Assembly: GCA_016209895.1 (NCBI GenBank) | Contig: JACQVH010000110.1 | Span: 1-61,915 of the forward strand | Origin: Candidatus Hydrogenedentota bacterium | GTDB lineage: Bacteria > Hydrogenedentota > Hydrogenedentia > Hydrogenedentales > SLHB01 | Length of the DNA stretch: 61,915 nt | Direction: 5' to 3' | In this document: one piece after another, positions 1 through 9,200 of the stretch | Numbering within the stretch: the stretch's first letter is position 1 | Layout: each line of letters begins with the position of its first letter | Notes under the pieces: generated by a model | The model's database searches: none | What the model was told of the DNA's origin: nothing | Seen by the model: only the letters and a program-made list of their open reading frames with translations | Program-made: the position numbers and the translations under genes

Positions 1-1
1 G

Positions 2-994
2 CATTACCTCGTACCGATGGACTTCCGGCCACATCAACGACGCGATCAACGTGCATTCATAATTGCGCTTATAGTCATTCCAACTACGGTCCGGGTTGTC
101 CTCCACCGGGTCGGCGAGAAACCAAAGCTTCTTGCTGGTGGGGCGCACCATCGCCAGCATCTGGCCGTATTCCAGGAAGGCCGTCTCGAATGTCCGCTCT
201 TTCTGTACTCCCCGATAGAAATTCGGTGTCCGCGCCGTGCCCGTCCACACCTGGGCGACGTAGCCGTCCAATTCCGGTATGTCTACCAGATGGGATTCGG
301 GGCTGACGATGCCCCAGTGCGCGTAGTTGATCATGCTGTGAGTCGGTACCACGCACTCCACGGATGTATTCTTTTCTTGTGCGCGATGTTTTGCCGCGGC
401 GAATACTTCCCGCAACGCCCGGAAATACAATTCGTACTTCAGCTTGCTGGCCCGGTATTGCGCACCCACGCTGCTGTCCGGGGCTTGCCACGGCTCTCCG
501 TGGAAGGCAGCCCATTCTTTCTTGAATGCCTCGCTCCAGCCGGTATTCGCCCAGTATTCCGGTTCTTCGAGATAAACGGCGCGGACGCCCTCGTCAACGG
601 CGCGTACTACCAGCCCTTTCATGTAATCCACGTAGCCCGGCGTGGGGACGTTATATCCGCAGTCCGTCCCGTGCATCCGCGACTGACCATCTTTCATCGT
701 CTGCACTTCGGTGGTCCTGAATTCCGTTCCGACGCCGAAGTAGTCGCCGTATCCGCCCCAAGCAATTCCCGTCATCATGCTCACGACATAGCCCCGATCT
801 CGCCACGATTTCAGACGCGCCGCGAAGCTGTCGTTCACGCCATAAACAATGGCCTCATCGGTCCCGATATCCACTTCCGGCGCGTACCCCGGATAAATCT
901 GGAACGTGGTCACATCCTCAAGCGCACTCGCTCCCCCTACGCAACTGATCATGAGTCCCGCTACGGCGAGGTAATCCCCCAATACACGAAACAT
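2..994 (-). CDS. Partial (3' end outside window) secreted conserved hypothetical protein, possibly glycosidase-like
   Basis: Manual minus-strand translation is open from ATG 994 to the window edge (MFRVLGDYLAVAGLMISCVGGASALEDVTTFQ...VYLEEPEYWANTGWSEAFKKEW...FLADPVEDNPDRSWNDYKRNYE). GGAGG RBS at 999-1003 and a signal-peptide-like N-terminus. Not in the ORF track because no stop lies in the window. Confidence 0.85.
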   Translation of the reverse strand, partial: MFRVLGDYLAVAGLMISCVGGASALEDVTTFQIYPGYAPEVDIGTDEAIVYGVNDSFAARLKSWRDRGYVVSMMTGIAWGGYGDYFGVGTEFRTTEVQTMKDGQSRMHGTDCGYNVPTPGYVDYMKGLVVRAVDEGVRAVYLEEPEYWANTGWSEAFKKEWAAFHGEPWQAPDSSVGAQYRASKLKYELYFRALREVFAAAKHRAQEKNTSVECVVPTHSMINYAHWGIVSPESHLVDIPELDGYVAQVWTGTARTPNFYRGVQKERTFETAFLEYGQMLAMVRPTSKKLWFLADPVEDNPDRSWNDYKRNYECTLIASLMWPEVHRYEVM

Positions 995-1061
995 CCTGCC
1001 TCCATTACCGTCTAGACCTGAGTTTGGCCTGATATGGCCCCCCAGAAGATAATAACCAACC

Positions 1062-2327
1062 ATGGACCAAATCAATAATGAGTCGCACAGGCCTGGATTC
1101 ATGGCAGACTCTCGCGCCCAGGAGCGCCCTCGGCTCGCCGTCACCAAGCGATTTCGCAAACTGTTGGCCTACGATAAGTTTGCCGACCCGGTCCCGCGCA
1201 TTTTGATTCCCAAGAGCTCCTACTGGCTGGACGATGCCTGGCGACGCGCGGCGGGTTCCCTAAACTGGCAAGTTCAGTCCGTACCGGTTGTCATGGAAGG
1301 TGTCCTGTCTCGCGACATGATCGCCAACTTCCTGGAAACACTCGCCACCTTTCGGCCCGATTTTATCCTCACCGTCAATCTGAGCGGCATGGACGATCAC
1401 GGTTTGTTCGCCCGGCTGTTCGAAGATATCAGGATTCCCTACGTCACATGGTTCGTGGACAACCCACGCACCATTCTCGGCGGACGCACCGGCTGTGCTT
1501 CGTTGTTCACGGTGGCCCTGACCTGGGACCGCTCCTATCGCGATTTCCTCGTTCAGGCCGGGTTTCCCGTGGTCGAGCACTTGCCGTTGGCTGTTGATCC
1601 CACCCTCTTCAATAGGGAACCGGCGGATACTTGGGAGCGCCCGGGCGGCTTCGTCGGAAACTCTGGTATTGCCCCGGCCGAGCGGGAATGGCTCTGGGTC
1701 AATGAACATCCTCCGCTGGCCGATGCGATACGTGCGGTACTGGATTGCGGCGTCGTGACACGTGAAAATTTTGCCGCGGGCCTTGAAGCGCTACTGTCCG
1801 CCGATTTGCTTGCCACGCTCGACCGGGACGAGAAACGCCATGCCGAATATCTCCTGTTCTTGGAAGGCAGTCGGCGGCTGCGGCACACCACCTTGCGGGT
1901 CGCGCATCCGGAAGGCGTCGAAATCCGCGGCGACCCAGAATGGAGACGCGATTTTCCCGCCGCCGGCGGGCTCGTCAATTACGAAAAGGAATTGCCGCGA
2001 TACTACCGCGAAACAGAAGTCAACTTGAACGTAACCAGTGTACAAATGCCCGCCACCGCAAATCAGCGCGTGTTCGATTGTCCCGCCACCGGTGGTTTCC
2101 TGCTCACCGACGCCCAAGCAGAACTGCAGGAGTTATTCGACGCCGAAAAGGAGGTGGCCCGCTATCATTCCCTCGACGAGTGCCGGGAACTCTTTCGCTC
2201 GTATCGCACCAACCCCCGCGCCCGCCGGGAATTGACCACTCGGGCCCGCAAACGAATTCTCGGCGAACACACCTACGCGCACCGCCTACAAAGGATGGTG
2301 TCGCTACTCAAACCAAGGTTCTCCTGA
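1062..2327 (+). CDS. CgeB-like glycosyltransferase (Glyco_trans_1_2-type C-terminal domain)
   Basis: WFVDNP, LPLAVDP, NLNVTSVQM...NQRVFDCPATGGFLLTD and EHTYAHRL motifs typical of CgeB-family GT-B proteins. Confidence 0.8.
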   Translation: MDQINNESHRPGFMADSRAQERPRLAVTKRFRKLLAYDKFADPVPRILIPKSSYWLDDAWRRAAGSLNWQVQSVPVVMEGVLSRDMIANFLETLATFRPDFILTVNLSGMDDHGLFARLFEDIRIPYVTWFVDNPRTILGGRTGCASLFTVALTWDRSYRDFLVQAGFPVVEHLPLAVDPTLFNREPADTWERPGGFVGNSGIAPAEREWLWVNEHPPLADAIRAVLDCGVVTRENFAAGLEALLSADLLATLDRDEKRHAEYLLFLEGSRRLRHTTLRVAHPEGVEIRGDPEWRRDFPAAGGLVNYEKELPRYYRETEVNLNVTSVQMPATANQRVFDCPATGGFLLTDAQAELQELFDAEKEVARYHSLDECRELFRSYRTNPRARRELTTRARKRILGEHTYAHRLQRMVSLLKPRFS

Positions 2328-2427
2328 CATCGGCCCTTCGTAGCTCCCATTGCAATGTGAGTGTTGCCAATCGTGTCGCGAGGCAAACCTAGGGCTTCCG
2401 GACCTCCCGTACCAACCCCGACCCTGC

Positions 2428-2456
2428 GTCATTCTGAGCGTCGGTATAAGAATCTC
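2428..2456 (+). repeat. Single arm of REP/RPE-like element (GTCATTCTGAGCG...AAGAATCT family)
   Basis: Matches the copies at 13158-13232 and 21818-21968; lies between convergent genes. Confidence 0.7.
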
Positions 2457-2463
2457 TTCCGCC

Positions 2464-3669
2464 TCAAGTGTATCTCTCTTCGAGGAACTTCTCCAGCGCC
2501 AGCAACCGGTGTCGGTGCGTATGGCGCGCGAGGATGCGACGCTGCGCCCGCTCGATGACTCCCTTGCGCTCTTCGGGATGCCGGAGGTAATAGGTAACTC
2601 TGTCCTTGAGTTCCCCGATGTCGGAATAGGTCACAACTTCTTGGCCCGTGTCGAACAATTCTTCCAAATCGCCCTGCGCGTCAGTGATCAAGAATCCGCC
2701 GGCGGCGGGACAATCGAACACGCGCTGATTCACCGCAGACTTCATCTGGAGACTCGTCGAATTCAGGTTGACCGCAGTAGACCGATAATACGGCGCCAAA
2801 TCGTCGAAATAACCCACCGGCCCGTCCGCAAGCTCGGTTACCTGCTTCCAGTGCGGATCGCCGCGCACCTCGATGCGAAGCGATTCCAGTGATTGCACCA
2901 GTTCACGCCGCTGGCGCCGCGTAGCCTCGTAAACCAGTAGCAGTTCCACGTCGCGCAGCGTCTCCTCGGAACAATCCGGCCGCGCATCCAGGTGGACCAC
3001 GTGCTCGATCCCCCGACTGAAATCCTCCCGGGTAACGCGGCCGCATTCGAACGCCTCTCGTACTGCTGCCGCGACCTCCGGCCACCGTTCCAGCCTTCGC
3101 CAAGCGTCCTGCGCGTGGTTAATCATCGAATGCCCGACAAAGGCCACGTCGCGCTCGAACCTATCGGATGGACCGCCATGAAAGATGCTCGGGTCCGTCG
3201 CCAGAGGCAAGAAGAGCACGTGCTGAAATCCGAGCCTTTCAAAGTGGGGGATATAGGCCCGTTCCCAACTCGCGGCGACGAGATAATGGGAGGGATATAC
3301 CTTCCGCTGGAACAGAATCATGCGTGGCGTGTCCGTGAACCAACTCACGTACGGGAGGCGCGCGTCCTCAAAAAAACGCGCAAACAGCCCTTCCTCGTCC
3401 ATACCCGCAAAATTCGAGGCCAGGATGAAGTCCGGTTTGAACTCGCCAATCGTTACAAACAGGGCGCGAATCTGCTCGCGCGTGAGGCCGCCGACCATGA
3501 CCGACGGCGCCTCAGCGACCTGCCAACCCAGGCTTTCCGCCGCATGTCGCCAACCCCGATCGAAGAAGTACTGCGTGTGTAGAATCAACAACCGCGTCTC
3601 GCCTGCAAACTTGGGATACGTCAACATCCGCCGTAGGCGGTCACTCCATCTCAGCCGCGCTTCGCCCAT
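2464..3669 (-). CDS. CgeB-like glycosyltransferase, paralogue of 1062..2327
   Basis: WFTDTP, LPLATDP, NLNSTSLQM...NQRVFDCPAAGGFLITD and HTHRHRL; aligns by eye with the neighbouring paralogue. Confidence 0.8.
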   Translation of the reverse strand: MGEARLRWSDRLRRMLTYPKFAGETRLLILHTQYFFDRGWRHAAESLGWQVAEAPSVMVGGLTREQIRALFVTIGEFKPDFILASNFAGMDEEGLFARFFEDARLPYVSWFTDTPRMILFQRKVYPSHYLVAASWERAYIPHFERLGFQHVLFLPLATDPSIFHGGPSDRFERDVAFVGHSMINHAQDAWRRLERWPEVAAAVREAFECGRVTREDFSRGIEHVVHLDARPDCSEETLRDVELLLVYEATRRQRRELVQSLESLRIEVRGDPHWKQVTELADGPVGYFDDLAPYYRSTAVNLNSTSLQMKSAVNQRVFDCPAAGGFLITDAQGDLEELFDTGQEVVTYSDIGELKDRVTYYLRHPEERKGVIERAQRRILARHTHRHRLLALEKFLEERYT

Positions 3670-3695
3670 CTCGACATCTCACTCTACGGGTAATT

Positions 3696-3766
3696 ATCGT
3701 AATCGAGTCTCGCAATCGAAACTCGTGTCCGTGATCGTACTCGCAATCGGACACCGTAATCGAGAC
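3696..3766. repeat. Degenerate 6-7-nt tandem repeat (about 11 units, each with a (T/C)CG core)
   Basis: ATCGTAATCGAGTCTCGCAATCGAAACTCGTGTCCGTGATCGTACTCGCAATCGGACACCGTAATCGAGAC in the divergent intergenic region. Confidence 0.7.
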
Positions 3767-3853
3767 TATGCAAATCCACTTCCCGCATGCTATAGTCAGT
3801 TTCCGGCGGCAGGGGTGAAGGCGCCGCATTTCCAAACGGTTCCGCATGATTAG

Positions 3854-5098
3854 GTGGATGGAGACATGAGCGTCAGCGAAGCGCAGCGCGACTGGCTGGC
3901 CTTGGCGCTGGTGCCGGGCGTGGGCACCGCGCACTTTATCCGACTCCTCGCACGTTTTCGTACCGCCGGACAAGTCCTCCATGCGGGACGCGCCGCGCTC
4001 GAAGAAGTGGTTGGACCTTCGCTTGCTGAGCGGATTGCAGCCTATGTGCAAGTGGCGGACGTAGAAGGGCAACTGCGTTCGATGGCGCAGTGCCAGGCCA
4101 CGCTGATTACCATGGAAGACACGCCCTATCCGCCTCGATTAGCCGAGATATACGACCCGCCGCTGTTGCTATTCGTCCGCGGCGATCTACGCGAAGAAGA
4201 CCAGAATTGCGTCGCCATCGTGGGTACGCGCCGGGCGAGTCCGTACGGCATTCGCATGGCCGAGAAATTCGGACGCGAGCTGGGGGCACGCGGCATCACC
4301 GTCGTCAGCGGTATGGCGACCGGCATTGACGCCGCCGCACATCGCGGCGCTATTGAAGGCGGCGGCCGCACCATCGCGGTCCTGGGCAATGGCGTAGACG
4401 TGGTATATCCGCCGCAGAACGAAGCGCTCATGGCCGAGATCATTCAGCACGGATGCGTCCTATCGCAGTTTCCCATGGGTACCAGGCCGGCCCGCGGCCA
4501 TTTCCCGTATCGCAACCGTATCATCAGCGGACTTTCGCTCGGAACCCTCATCGTGGAAGCGCCTCACGACAGTGGCGCGCTCATTACTGCCCGGCAGGCC
4601 GCCGAACAAGGCCGCGAAGTCTTCGCCATCCCCGGTCAAGTCGGTATGAAAAACAGCGAGGGCCCCCATGCGCTCATCCGCGAGGGCGCCAAGTTGGTCG
4701 AAACCGTAGACGATATTCTGGTCGAGTTGGACCTGCCGGAAGAGATTCGGCCTACACCATCTATTGTTGCCCCGACCCCCGCCGAAGAGATGTCCATGGC
4801 GTCTGACCTGTCCGTCGGGTCCGACAAGTCCGACAAAACCCCGCGACCCGCTCCCGTTCCCCGGAAAGCCACGGCCGTCGCGCCTCTCCCTCCGACACCC
4901 CCTCCGCCGGTGGTTCAGCCCCCTGGCTCGCCGCTCGAAAAACGCGTCTTGTCGGCGCTTTCGCCGAGTGGCTCATACGTGGATGAGATCGCAGCAACCT
5001 GTCGCATCTCCGTGTCCGAAGCCTTGAGTTCTCTTACCGTTCTCGAACTCAAGGGCCTTGTCCGGCAATTCAGTGGGAAACGTTTTGCGCCCCGGTAA
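3854..5098 (+). CDS. dprA: DNA-processing protein DprA
   Basis: YPPRLAEIYDPPLLLF, VAIVGTRRAS, VVSGMATGIDAAAH, FPYRNRIISG, SGALITA and a C-terminal winged helix; start may be ATG 3866. Confidence 0.95.
   Translation: MDGDMSVSEAQRDWLALALVPGVGTAHFIRLLARFRTAGQVLHAGRAALEEVVGPSLAERIAAYVQVADVEGQLRSMAQCQATLITMEDTPYPPRLAEIYDPPLLLFVRGDLREEDQNCVAIVGTRRASPYGIRMAEKFGRELGARGITVVSGMATGIDAAAHRGAIEGGGRTIAVLGNGVDVVYPPQNEALMAEIIQHGCVLSQFPMGTRPARGHFPYRNRIISGLSLGTLIVEAPHDSGALITARQAAEQGREVFAIPGQVGMKNSEGPHALIREGAKLVETVDDILVELDLPEEIRPTPSIVAPTPAEEMSMASDLSVGSDKSDKTPRPAPVPRKATAVAPLPPTPPPPVVQPPGSPLEKRVLSALSPSGSYVDEIAATCRISVSEALSSLTVLELKGLVRQFSGKRFAPR
4801..4836 (+). repeat. Four 9-nt GTCCGACAA-type units read in-frame in the DprA linker (SDLSVGSDKSDK)
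   Basis: GTCTGACCT GTCCGTCGG GTCCGACAA GTCCGACAA; the same unit type is intergenic at 9162-9197. Confidence 0.65.
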
Positions 5099-6092
5099 TT
5101 CACCGTTGCACGCTCTGTCTGAAAAGGTGCGACGCGGTGAACCCATTCCCCGAACTCTCCGCGCAATCCTTTCCGCGGCCACACCGGTCACCCGCTTCGG
5201 CATGTGGCTCCGACTTAGCAAGCCACGCGTGCGCGTGCCGGCGCAGGTCATTAGCTTCGGCAATCTGACCGTCGGCGGCACGGGAAAGACACCGGCCGTG
5301 ATCGAGCGGGCTCGGGCCGAGATAGCCGCCGGACGTCGAGTCGCCGTTCTCACGCGCGGCTACGGGGGTCGGGAATCGCGTTCGCCCATTGTTGGCGAAC
5401 CTGACACCTCGATACCTCTCAACTGGCAAGTCTTTGGCGACGAACCGGCATTGATCGCCCGGAAAGTGCCAAGCGCTGTGATCGTAAGAGGGTCCGACCG
5501 AATCGCGGCCGCGCAACTCGCCATCGAACGCTATGGGTGCAACGTCCTGTTGCTCGACGACGGCTTCCAATACGTGCGGTTGGAACGGGATGAAAACGTG
5601 GTCCTGATTGACGCGACTAATCCCTTCGGCAACGGCCGGCTTCTTCCACGAGGCATCCTTCGAGAACCGGTCAGCGCGCTTCGCCGAGCCAGTCACATCA
5701 TGATTACCCACTGTGATTTGGCCTCAGACCTCGACAGACTCTTGGAGAATCTCAGAGAAATCTGTCCGGATAAACCAATCCGGCGCACGCATCACGCGCC
5801 GACCGGATTGTGGCGGCCCAGCGACGGTTCGTTCTTACCTCTGAGCGCCATCCGGGGCCAGGAAGTAGCGGTTGTCTGCGGTATCGGTAATCCCGATGTG
5901 TTTATTAAGACCGTGGAACTGCTCGGCGCAAAGATTTCGGCGAACCGCATCTTCCCCGACCATCACCCGTATCAACCGGGGGACATTCCTAAGGCTTCGC
6001 TCCTGATCACAACGGAGAAAGATGCCATACGCATGAATGTGCCGGCGGAGAACGTCCTCGCTTTGTGCGTCGAATTGCAAGACTACGTGTGA
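5058..6092 (+). CDS. lpxK: Tetraacyldisaccharide 4'-kinase
   Basis: ISFGNLTVGGTGKTP, LTRGYG, GDEPAL, LLDDGFQ, LLPRGILREP, FPDHH and ITTEKDA; start codon uncertain. Confidence 0.95.
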   Translation: MSGNSVGNVLRPGNSPLHALSEKVRRGEPIPRTLRAILSAATPVTRFGMWLRLSKPRVRVPAQVISFGNLTVGGTGKTPAVIERARAEIAAGRRVAVLTRGYGGRESRSPIVGEPDTSIPLNWQVFGDEPALIARKVPSAVIVRGSDRIAAAQLAIERYGCNVLLLDDGFQYVRLERDENVVLIDATNPFGNGRLLPRGILREPVSALRRASHIMITHCDLASDLDRLLENLREICPDKPIRRTHHAPTGLWRPSDGSFLPLSAIRGQEVAVVCGIGNPDVFIKTVELLGAKISANRIFPDHHPYQPGDIPKASLLITTEKDAIRMNVPAENVLALCVELQDYV

Positions 6093-6128
6093 AACAACAA
6101 TTACACTTTATCTAATAGGAAGGGAATC

Positions 6129-9100
6129 ATGAATCTCATGGCGTCGGTTTGGGTAATGGTCTTGTTTCTCGCTCTTCCCGGCGAAATTCCCCAACAACTT
6201 GCTGTCAGCGGAAGGGGAATCGCGCGAATTTTGGGAGTCCGCGCGCAGCGGCTTCACACGGTCGAGTTTCGCAATGAGGTCGCGGGCCGTAAACTTCGTA
6301 CTGCCGGACCCGAGTTCGTTTTAACGTGGGGAAAAGGCGACACGGCAACCAGCGATGATTTCCACGTGCGAGAGCTCAAGGCGTTCGGTACAGGGGTTCG
6401 CGCCGTCCTCGAAAGCCGCGAACTCGGCCTACGTGCCGAGCTATCGTACTACCCGGCAGCGGACGGACCTTGGATTTACAAAGAAGTGAAGCTCACGAAT
6501 CTCGGGGACCAGCCGTTTCTTCTCCGCACCATCGAAGTCGAGCATCTTGCGGTGACTGACGAATCCATTAAGTTTGCAGTGAATCCGGGATTCCCTTTGC
6601 TCGGCGATTGGGGCCAACCGGTCTTCACCGAGTCTCTTTGGTTTGGATTGGAATTCCCTGCAGCGCGGTCCAGCGCCACCCCCGACGGAGTGATCTTCCT
6701 CCGGCATTACCCGGGTACCGAGATCGCTCCGGGTCAGAGCTACACCACGAAACAGGCGGTAATTGGAGCCGTGAGAGCTGGCGAAATCGCCGACGGCTTT
6801 CAAGCGTACGTCGGTACCTTGCCGCAATGGAACGACGTACCGAAGGCTCGCATCTATTGGAATGGTTTCCGCGTGATCAAACCGCCGAACCGTTTGTCGC
6901 AAGGCCTAAACATGCTCGAATACGCCCGCCGTTTGAAGGAAGATACCGGTTTTGTCTTCGACGGCTGGACCTACGACGCCGGATTCGATATGTACCGGCC
7001 CGACAACCTGTTTGTGCCGAACGAGCCCGAAATCTGGGACCGCACCGCAGAAGCCCTGAAACCGTTGGGCATTCCTCTCGGGATCTGGTGGAGTTTCTCC
7101 TGCATTTTCGACACGCCCACGCACGCCTGGGGCATAACCCAAGGCTACGAATTGCAGCACGACCACGCCTATTGCCTCGCCGGACCGAAGTACTTTGCGG
7201 CGATCAAATCCCGATTGGAGGAGGTGGTCTCCAAGTACGGCGTTGGCGCCATCAACTTCGATGGCATGTACTGGGGTCAGGGTTTCGGATGCAACACGGA
7301 GGGCCATGGACATCTCATTGGGGAAGGTTCCGAAGCCGGTGTTTACGCGACCGACCGCGTCGTCGAAAACAAGCTCAAGATATTCGAAGCCTTGCGCCGA
7401 ATTAACCCAAACATCGTGCTCGACCTCTTTGTCTGCAACGAATGGGCCAGTCCATGGTGGCTCACGCAGTTGGATGGCGTCCACACCGTCGCCGGTGACA
7501 CGTTGGGTTGCGATATCCCCTCGCCTTGGCTCCGCGACGAACTCATCACCGTGCGCGATATCCAGGTGTTCGACGAGCACCGGAATCTGCGCCGACAATT
7601 TCCGCTCTGGGCCGAAGACCTTTACGGCACCCAGGTCCGCCGCGACCACCTTATTGACGGTATCACGGTCACCGGCGAAGATATGACGGCGCGCTGGGAA
7701 GACGAATACGTCATGGCCCTCGCGGGTCGCGGCGCCATTTCCAATCACATTATCTGTTGCGACTTGGAAACCCTCGCAAACTCTCGCAGTGGGCTGGAGT
7801 TTTTGGGCAAAGTCGGAAACTGGGTGCGCACGAACGTGTTGCTTTACCGTGATTTTCGCCTGTTAGGCGGCTCGCCTTCCCTTCGCCAACCCTACGGTTA
7901 TTGCCACGGCGACAGCCAAGGCAGGTGCCTCGTCGCGTTGCGAAATCCCTGGATTGATCCACGCGTGTTTCGCTTGAGACTGAATGAAGAACTGGGCCTT
8001 GAGCCATCTTCCGAAAACTACTTCGTCAACGTGGTCTATCCCTATCGAAAGACCTTTCCAGCGGCGGTCTACGGCGAAACCGTGGACGTCTCGTTGCAGG
8101 ACTACGAGGTCATGCTACTCGAAGTCCGGGCCGCGTCACGCCAGTTTCCCGCCGTACCCGCGGATAAAAGATGGGATGTGGATTCGAGCGGGAATCTCCT
8201 CGTATTCGACGAACCTGAAGGTGAAGAAGTTCCGATTGGACGCTTGACAGCACGAACTGCGCCGGGAGAAATCTTCATCGCGGGGTTGGTTACCGTACCG
8301 TCCGATGTTGCCGAGGCCGAGGTGCAGCTAATGCTGAAGCCTTCCGGCTCGACTCCCCCTGAGCCCAAGATCCTCTGCAATGGTTCCTCCCCGGCGGTCG
8401 AGTTTCACCGCCGCGACCGCCAGAAGGGCGGCGATGCCTGGGCGCTCATCCCGTTGCGTCCGGGAAAGAACACACTGAGAATCACTGTGCCCGGTAAGGG
8501 AAACCTGCAGGTCGGAGCATGGTGCGTAGCCACCCGCAAATTAGCGCCAACAACTACCGTTGTCGCCGCGAAACTGAACGAAACTCTCTTTCCGGTTCAC
8601 GCGCCCAACGAGACCCGTGAGATATGCACGTTGCTTGCACCCGGCAACTACTCGATAGCGTTGGGTCCGGTGCCAAAACGTCGGATTCTATACTTGTCCG
8701 AACTTGCGAATCGCTGCGTCGAAGCCAACACTGGTTTCGGAACCGTCGGCTGGAACGCTTCCGGCTGGACCGATGACCCCGGGCTGAGAATCGGGAGAGA
8801 GGAGTATCGGAACGGCATGGGCATTCATGCCCCGGCGACGCTCGTCTTCGATATTGCGGGCGAATTCGCCCACTTTCGCGCGAAGGTCGGCCTGCACGGC
8901 ATCCCCGCGGAAAAGAAGGCCGACCGGTCAAAAATCGGTAGCTGCGGTTTCATCGTCGAAGGCGACGGCAGAACGCTCCTGACAACGCCCGTGCGCAAAG
9001 AAGGTGATCCGCCTTACGCCGTCGAAACCGACATCCGCGGCGTCAAAATCCTGACCCTTCGCACCACCGACGCCGGCGACTCGAACTGGGACGACTTCGC

Positions 9101-9134
9101 CACCTGGGCCGAAGCCCGTGTCGAGAGACAGTAA
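6129..9134 (+). CDS. Large secreted putative glycoside hydrolase (GH27/36-like barrel) with C-terminal NPCBM/NEW2 module
   Basis: Signal-like N-terminus; YWNGF...WTYDAGFD...GIWWSF...YCLAGPKY...INFDG spacing resembles clan GH-D barrels; C-terminal GMGIHAPATLVFDI...DAGDSNWDDFATWAEARV matches the NPCBM pattern. Confidence 0.6.
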   Translation: MNLMASVWVMVLFLALPGEIPQQLAVSGRGIARILGVRAQRLHTVEFRNEVAGRKLRTAGPEFVLTWGKGDTATSDDFHVRELKAFGTGVRAVLESRELGLRAELSYYPAADGPWIYKEVKLTNLGDQPFLLRTIEVEHLAVTDESIKFAVNPGFPLLGDWGQPVFTESLWFGLEFPAARSSATPDGVIFLRHYPGTEIAPGQSYTTKQAVIGAVRAGEIADGFQAYVGTLPQWNDVPKARIYWNGFRVIKPPNRLSQGLNMLEYARRLKEDTGFVFDGWTYDAGFDMYRPDNLFVPNEPEIWDRTAEALKPLGIPLGIWWSFSCIFDTPTHAWGITQGYELQHDHAYCLAGPKYFAAIKSRLEEVVSKYGVGAINFDGMYWGQGFGCNTEGHGHLIGEGSEAGVYATDRVVENKLKIFEALRRINPNIVLDLFVCNEWASPWWLTQLDGVHTVAGDTLGCDIPSPWLRDELITVRDIQVFDEHRNLRRQFPLWAEDLYGTQVRRDHLIDGITVTGEDMTARWEDEYVMALAGRGAISNHIICCDLETLANSRSGLEFLGKVGNWVRTNVLLYRDFRLLGGSPSLRQPYGYCHGDSQGRCLVALRNPWIDPRVFRLRLNEELGLEPSSENYFVNVVYPYRKTFPAAVYGETVDVSLQDYEVMLLEVRAASRQFPAVPADKRWDVDSSGNLLVFDEPEGEEVPIGRLTARTAPGEIFIAGLVTVPSDVAEAEVQLMLKPSGSTPPEPKILCNGSSPAVEFHRRDRQKGGDAWALIPLRPGKNTLRITVPGKGNLQVGAWCVATRKLAPTTTVVAAKLNETLFPVHAPNETREICTLLAPGNYSIALGPVPKRRILYLSELANRCVEANTGFGTVGWNASGWTDDPGLRIGREEYRNGMGIHAPATLVFDIAGEFAHFRAKVGLHGIPAEKKADRSKIGSCGFIVEGDGRTLLTTPVRKEGDPPYAVETDIRGVKILTLRTTDAGDSNWDDFATWAEARVERQ

Positions 9135-9161
9135 GCAAGAGATATTTCGCACAACTCTTCC

Positions 9162-9197
9162 GTCTGACAAGTCGGATAGGTGCGACTCGTCCGACCA
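9162..9197. repeat. Four 9-nt GTCCGACNN-type tandem units
   Basis: GTCTGACAA GTCGGATAG GTGCGACTC GTCCGACCA, 3 nt beyond the stop of the PfkB-family gene. Confidence 0.65.
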
Positions 9198-9200
9198 AGC

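Noticed and set aside
17-1015. 332-aa plus-strand ORF
   Set aside because: Antisense shadow of the minus-strand gene 2..994; no RBS and no protein-like motifs.
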